Origin: Hemiscyllium ocellatum
Taxonomy: Eukaryota
Assembly (NCBI RefSeq): GCF_020745735.1
Contig: NC_083437.1
Span: 44,255,955-44,319,954 of the forward strand
Length of the DNA stretch: 64,000 bases
Direction of reading: 5' to 3'
Position numbers and translations under genes: made by a program
Shown here: piece by piece, positions 59,100-64,000 of the stretch
Layout: the number at the start of each line of letters is the position of its first letter
Numbering within the stretch: position 1 is the stretch's first letter
The notes under the pieces: model-generated
What the model was told of the DNA's origin: nothing
The model's input: only the letters and a program-made list of their open reading frames with translations
The model's database searches: none

Positions 59100-62000
59100 C
59101 AGACAGAAAAAGCGAGCGAGCCAGACAGAAAAAGCGAGCGAGCCAGACAGAAAAAGCGAGCGAGCCAGACAGAAAAAGCGAGCGAGCCAGACAGAAAAAG
59201 CGAGCCAGACAAAAAGCGAGAGACAGAAAAAGCGAGCCAGACAGAAAAAGCGAGCCAGACAGAAAAAGCGAGCCAGACAAAAAAAGCGAGCGAGACAGAC
59301 AGAAAAAGCGAGCGAGATAGACAGAAAAAGCAAGCGAGACAAAAAGCGAGACCGAGAGAAAGCATGCAAGAATAATGCATGCCAGAAAAAAGAGCGAGAG
59401 AGAAAACACGAGAGAGAAAGCGAGAGAGCGAGAGAAAAAGCGAGAGAGCGAGAGAAAAAGCGAGAGCGAGAGAAAAAGCGAGAGAGCGAGAGAAAAAGCG
59501 AGAGAAAGCATGCAAGACAAATGCATCCCAGAAAAAAAGCAAGAGAGCGAGAGAGAAAATGCGAGCGAGCGGGAGAAAACGCGAGCGAGGCAAAAAGCGA
59601 GCGAGCGAGACAAAAAGCGAGACAGACAGAAAAAGTGAGCGAGACAGACAGAAAAAGCGAGGGAGACAAAAAGCGAGAGACAGACAGAAAAAGCGAGCGA
59701 GCCAGAAAAAGCGAGCGAGCCAGAAAAAGCGAGCGAGACAGAAAAAGCGAGCGAGCCAGAAAAAGCGAGCGAGACAGACAGAAAAAGCGAGGGAGACAAA
59801 AAGCGAGAGAGACAGACAGAAAAAGCGAGTGAGACAGACAGAAAAAGCGAGCGAGACAAAAAGCGAGAGACAGACAGAAAAAGCGAGCGAGCCAGACAGA
59901 AAAAGCGAGCGAGCCAGACAGAAAAAGCGAGCGAGCCAGACAGAAAAAGCGAGCCAGACAGACAGAAAAAGCGAGCCAGACAGACAGAAAAAGCGAGGGA
60001 GACAAAAAGCGAGAGACAGACAGAAAAAGCGAGCGAGCCAGACAGAAAAAGCGAGCGAGACAAAAAGCGAGAGACAGACAGAAAAAGCGAGCGAGCCAGA
60101 CAGAAAAAGCGAGAGAGACAGAAAAAGCGAGCGAGACAGACAGAAAAAGCGAGCGAGACAAAAAGCGAGAGACAGACAGAAAAAGCGAGCGAGCCAGACA
60201 GAAAAAGCGAGCGAGCCAGACAGAAAAAGCGAGCCAGACAAAAAGCGAGAGACAGAAAAAGCGAGCCAGACAAAAAGCGAGAGACAGAAAAAGCGAGCCA
60301 GACAGAAAAAGCGAGCCAGACAGAAAAAGCGAGCCAGACAGAAAAAGCGAGCCAGACAGACAGAAAAAGCGAGCCAGACAGAAAAAGCGAGCGAGACAAA
60401 AAGCGAAAGCGAGAGAAAGCATGCAAGAATAATGCATGCCAGAAAAAAGAGCGAGAGAGAAAACACGAGAGAGAAAGCGAGAGAGCGAGAGAAAAAGCGA
60501 GAGAAAAAGCGAGAGAGCGAGAGAAAAAGCGAGAGAGCGAGAGAAAGCATGCATGAAAAATGCATCCCAGAAAAAAAGCAAGAGAGAGAGAGAGAAAATG
60601 CGAGCGAGCGGGAGAAAACGCGAGCGAGGCAAAAAGCGAGCGAGCGAGACAAAAAGCAAGACAGACAGAAAAAGTGAGCGAGCGAGAAAAAGCGAGCGAG
60701 TGAGAAAAAGCGAGCGAGAGAAAGCATGCAAGAAAAATGCATGCCCGAAAAGAAAGCGAGCGAGAGAAAAAGCGAGCGAGAGAAAAAGCGAGCGAGAGAA
60801 AAAGCGAGCGAGAGAAAAAGCGAGCGAGAGAAAAAGCGAGCGAGAGAATGCATGCCAGAGACAAAAAGCGAGCCAGACAGACGGAAAAAGCGAGCGAGCG
60901 AGACAAAAAGCGAGCAAGACAGACAGAAAGCGAGACAGAAAAAGCGAGCGCGTCAGACAGAAAAAGCGAGCGCGTCAGACAGAAAAAGCGAGCGCGTCAG
61001 ACAGAAAAAGCGAGAGCAAGAAAGCATGCAAGAAAAATGCATGCCAGAAAAAAGCGAGAGAGAGAAAATGCGAGCGAGCGAGAGAAAAAGCGAGAGCCTG
61101 AAAAAAAGCGAGAGCGAGAGAAAGCGAAAAAGCGAGTGAGAGGAAGCACGCAAGAAAAATGCATGCCAGAAAAAACGAGCGAGCCAGACAGAAAAAGCGA
61201 GCGAGCCAGACAGAAAAAGCGAGCGAGCCAGACAGAAAAAGCGAGCGAGCCAGACAGAAAAAGCGAGCCAGACAGAAAAAGCGAGCCAGACAAAAAGCGA
61301 GAGACAGAAAAAGCGAGCCAGACAGAAAAAGCGAGCCAGACAGAAAAAGCGAGCCAGACAAAAAAAGCGAGCCAGACAAAAAAAGCGAGCGAGACAGACA
61401 GAAAAAGCGAGCGAGATAGACAGAAAAAGCGAGCGAGACAAAAAGCGAGACCGAGAGAAAGCATGCAAGAATAATGCATGCCAGAAAAAAGAGCGAGAGA
61501 GAAAACACGAGAGAGAAAGCGAGAGAGCGAGAGAAAAAGCGAGAGCGAGAGAAAAAGCGAGAGAGCGAGAGAAAAAGCGAGAGAAAGCATGCAAGAAAAA
61601 TGCATCCCAGAAAAAAAGCAAGAGAGCGAGAGAGAAAATGCGAGCGAGCGGGAGAAAACGCGAGCGAGGCAAAAAGCGAGCGAGCGAGACAAAAAGCGAG
61701 ACAGACAGAAAAAGTGAGCGAGACAGACAGAAAAAGCGAGGGAGACAAAAAGCGAGAGACAGACAGAAAAAGCGAGCGAGCCAGAAAAAGCGAGCGAGCC
61801 AGAAAAAGCGAGCGAGACAGAAAAAGCGAGCGAGCCAGAAAAAGCGAGCGAGACAGACAGAAAAAGCGAGGGAGACAAAAAGCGAGAGAGACAGACAGAA
61901 AAAGCGAGTGAGACAGACAGAAAAAGCGAGCGAGACAAAAAGCGAGAGACAGACAGAAAAAGTGAGCGAGCCAGACAGAAAAAGCGAGCGAGCCAGACAG

Positions 62001-63310
62001 AAAAAGCGAGCGAGCCAGACAGAAAAAGCGAGCGAGCCAGACAGAAAAAGCGAGCGAGCCAGACAGAAAAAGCGAGCCAGACAGACAGAAAAAGCGAGCC
62101 AGACAGACAGAAAAAGCGAGGGAGACAAAAAGCGAGAGACAGACAGAAAAAGCGAGCGAGCCAGACAGAAAAAGCGAGCGAGACAAAAAGCGAGAGACAG
62201 ACAGAAAAAGCGAGCGAGCCAGACAGAAAAAGCGAGCGAGACAGAAAAAGCGAGCGAGACAGACAGAAAAAGCGAGCGAGACAAAAAGCGAGAGACAGAC
62301 AGAAAAAGCGAGCGAGCCAGACAGAAAAAGCGAGCGAGACAAAAAGCGAGCGAGCCAGACAGAAAAAGCGAGCGAGCCAGACAGAAAAAGCGAGCCAGAC
62401 AAAAAGCGAGAGACAGAAAAAGCGAGCCAGACAAAAAGCGAGAGACAGAAAAAGCGAGCCAGACAGAAAAAGCGAGCCAGACAGAAAAAGCGAGCCAGAC
62501 AGACAGAAAAAGCGAGCCAGACAGAAAAAGCGAGCGAGACAAAAAGCGAGAGCGAGAGAAAGCATGCAAGAATAATGCATGCCAGAAAAAAGAGCGAGAG
62601 AGAAAACACGAGAGAGAAAGCGAGAGAGCGAGAGAAAAAGCGAGAGAAAAAGCGAGAGAGCGAGAGAAAAAGCGAGAGAGCGAGAGAAAGCATGCATGAA
62701 AAATGCATCCCAGAAAAAAAGCAAGAGAGAGAGAGAGAAAATGCGAGCGAGCGGGAGAAAACGCGAGCGAGGCAAAAAGCGAGCGAGCGAGACAAAAAGC
62801 AAGACAGACAGAAAAAGTGAGCGAGCGAGAAAAAGCGAGCGAGTGAGAAAAAGCGAGCGAGAGAAAGCATGCAAGAAAAATGCATGCCCGAAAAGAAAGC
62901 GAGCGAGAGAAAAAGCGAGCGAGAGAAAAAGCGAGCGAGAGAAAAAGCGAGCGAGAGAATGCATGCCAGAGACAAAAAGCGAGCCAGACAGACGGAAAAA
63001 GCGAGCGAGCGAGACAAAAAGCGAGCAAGACAGACAGAAAGCGAGACAGAAAAAGCGAGCGCGTCAGACAGAAAAAGCGAGCGCGTCAGACAGAAAAAGC
63101 GAGCGCGTCAGACAGAAAAAGCGAGAGCAAGAAAGCATGCAAGAAAAATGCATGCCAGAAAAAAGCGAGAGAGAGAAAATGCGAGCGAGCGAGAGAAAAA
63201 GCGAGAGCCTGAAAAAAAGCGAGAGCGAGAGAAAGCGAAAAAGCGAGTGAGAGGAAGCACGCAAGAAAAATGCATGCCAGAAAAAACGAGCGAGCCAGAC
63301 AGAAAAAGCG
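59100..63310. repeat. ~2.1 kb higher-order repeat (two copies, each made of two ~1.05 kb subunits)
   Basis: Seen: ATAATGCATGCC at ~59372, 60429, 61471 and 62572; triple GCGCGTCAGACAG blocks at ~60950 and ~63060; track ORFs offset 2099-2143 bp. Confidence 0.85.
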
Positions 63311-64000
63311 AGCGAGACTGAGAGAAAAAGTGAGCGAGAGAAAAAGCGAGAGCGAGAAAAATGCATGCCAGAAAAATGCATGCCAGAAAAAAGAGCGAGA
63401 GAGAGAAAACACGAGAAAGCGAGAGACTGACAGAAAAAGCAAGAGCGAGAGGAAAATCAAGAGCGAGAGGAAAAGCAAGAGCGAGAGAAAGCATGCAAGA
63501 AAAATGCATCCCAGAAAAAAGCAAGAGAGAGAGAGAGAAAATGCGAGCGAGCGGGAGAAAACGCGAGCGAGCGAAAAATCAAGCGAGACAAAAAGTGAGA
63601 CAGACAGAAAAAGCGAGCGGGCGAGACAAAAAGCGAGCGAGAGAAAGCATGCAAGAAAAATGCATCCCAGAAAAAAGCAAGAGAGAGAGAGAGAAAATGC
63701 GAGCGAGCGGGAGAAAACGCGAGCGAGCGAAAAATCAAGCGAGACAAAAAGTGAAACAGACAGAAAAAGCGAGCGGGCGAGACAAAGCATGCAAGAAAAA
63801 TGCATGCCAGAAAAAAAAACGAGAGAGAAAAAGCGAGCGAGAGAATGCATGCCAGAGACAAAAAGCGAGCGAGCGAGACAAAAAGCGAGCCAGACAGACA
63901 GAAAAAGCGAGCGAGACAGAAAAAGCGAGCGAGACAGACAGACAAAGCGAGCGAGCGAGACAAAAAGCGAGCCAGACAGACAGAAAAAGCGAGCCAGACA

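Larger units (their letters stand above)
52014..64000. repeat. Same satellite family, right block; becomes a homogeneous GAGCCAGACAGAAAAAGC subfamily after ~58.3 kb
   Basis: Seen: tandem 18/22-mers punctuated by GCATGCAAGAAAAATGCATGCC. Confidence 0.95.

Noticed and set aside
48477-60917. 4146 aa minus-strand ORF and the other giant Leu/Ser/Phe/Arg-rich minus ORFs (e.g. 12364-18582, 19849-25911)
   Set aside because: Minus-strand stops need TTA/CTA/TCA on +, which is nearly T-free. All three frames are open at once and the peptides are pure repeat translations. Read-through of the 190 bp insert in one frame is expected by chance.
191-63321. Plus-strand Arg/Glu/Lys/Ser-rich ORFs resembling SR, trichohyalin or coiled-coil proteins
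   Set aside because: They overlap in all frames, have no frame-preserving indel bias (2 bp GA slippage is everywhere), and most starts and stops are CpG-decay products (GTG/TGA).
41179-63850. CRISPR-like array interpretation of the recurring GCATGC dyad
   Set aside because: Spacing is irregular (tens to thousands of bp), the intervening DNA is satellite rather than unique spacers, there are no cas genes, and the context is vertebrate-like.
1-64000. Telomeric repeats, G-quadruplex arrays, tRNA/rRNA genes
   Set aside because: No TTAGGG/CCCTAA tracts, few G3 runs in the satellite, and no recognisable structural RNA genes.

Overview
This is a eukaryotic, non-genic, heterochromatin-like window. 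About 96% of it is one highly strand-asymmetric satellite (+ strand almost only A/G/C, very little T). It is built from variants of an 18-22 bp unit (GAGACAGAAAAAGCGAGC) and organised into layered sub-domains, 0.4-3.7 kb higher-order duplications and perfect 20-mer minisatellite blocks. Only two complex-sequence islands interrupt it. (1) A ~2.04 kb CR1-type LINE ORF2 fragment at 41950-43987 (+), truncated at both ends, covering the end of the AP endonuclease and the RT domain, with one nonsense codon. (2) A ~190 bp palindromic Penelope-like element end at 51821-52013, with a 75 bp inverted repeat, a hammerhead-ribozyme core and a 19 bp target-site duplication. There are two N gaps. Both elements resemble cartilaginous-fish (shark) repeats, which is my recollection and not a database result. 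The many giant ORFs in the track are artefacts of T-depletion, not genes. I cannot support a new protein-coding system here; the interesting signals are the ribozyme-bearing palindrome and the satellite architecture.
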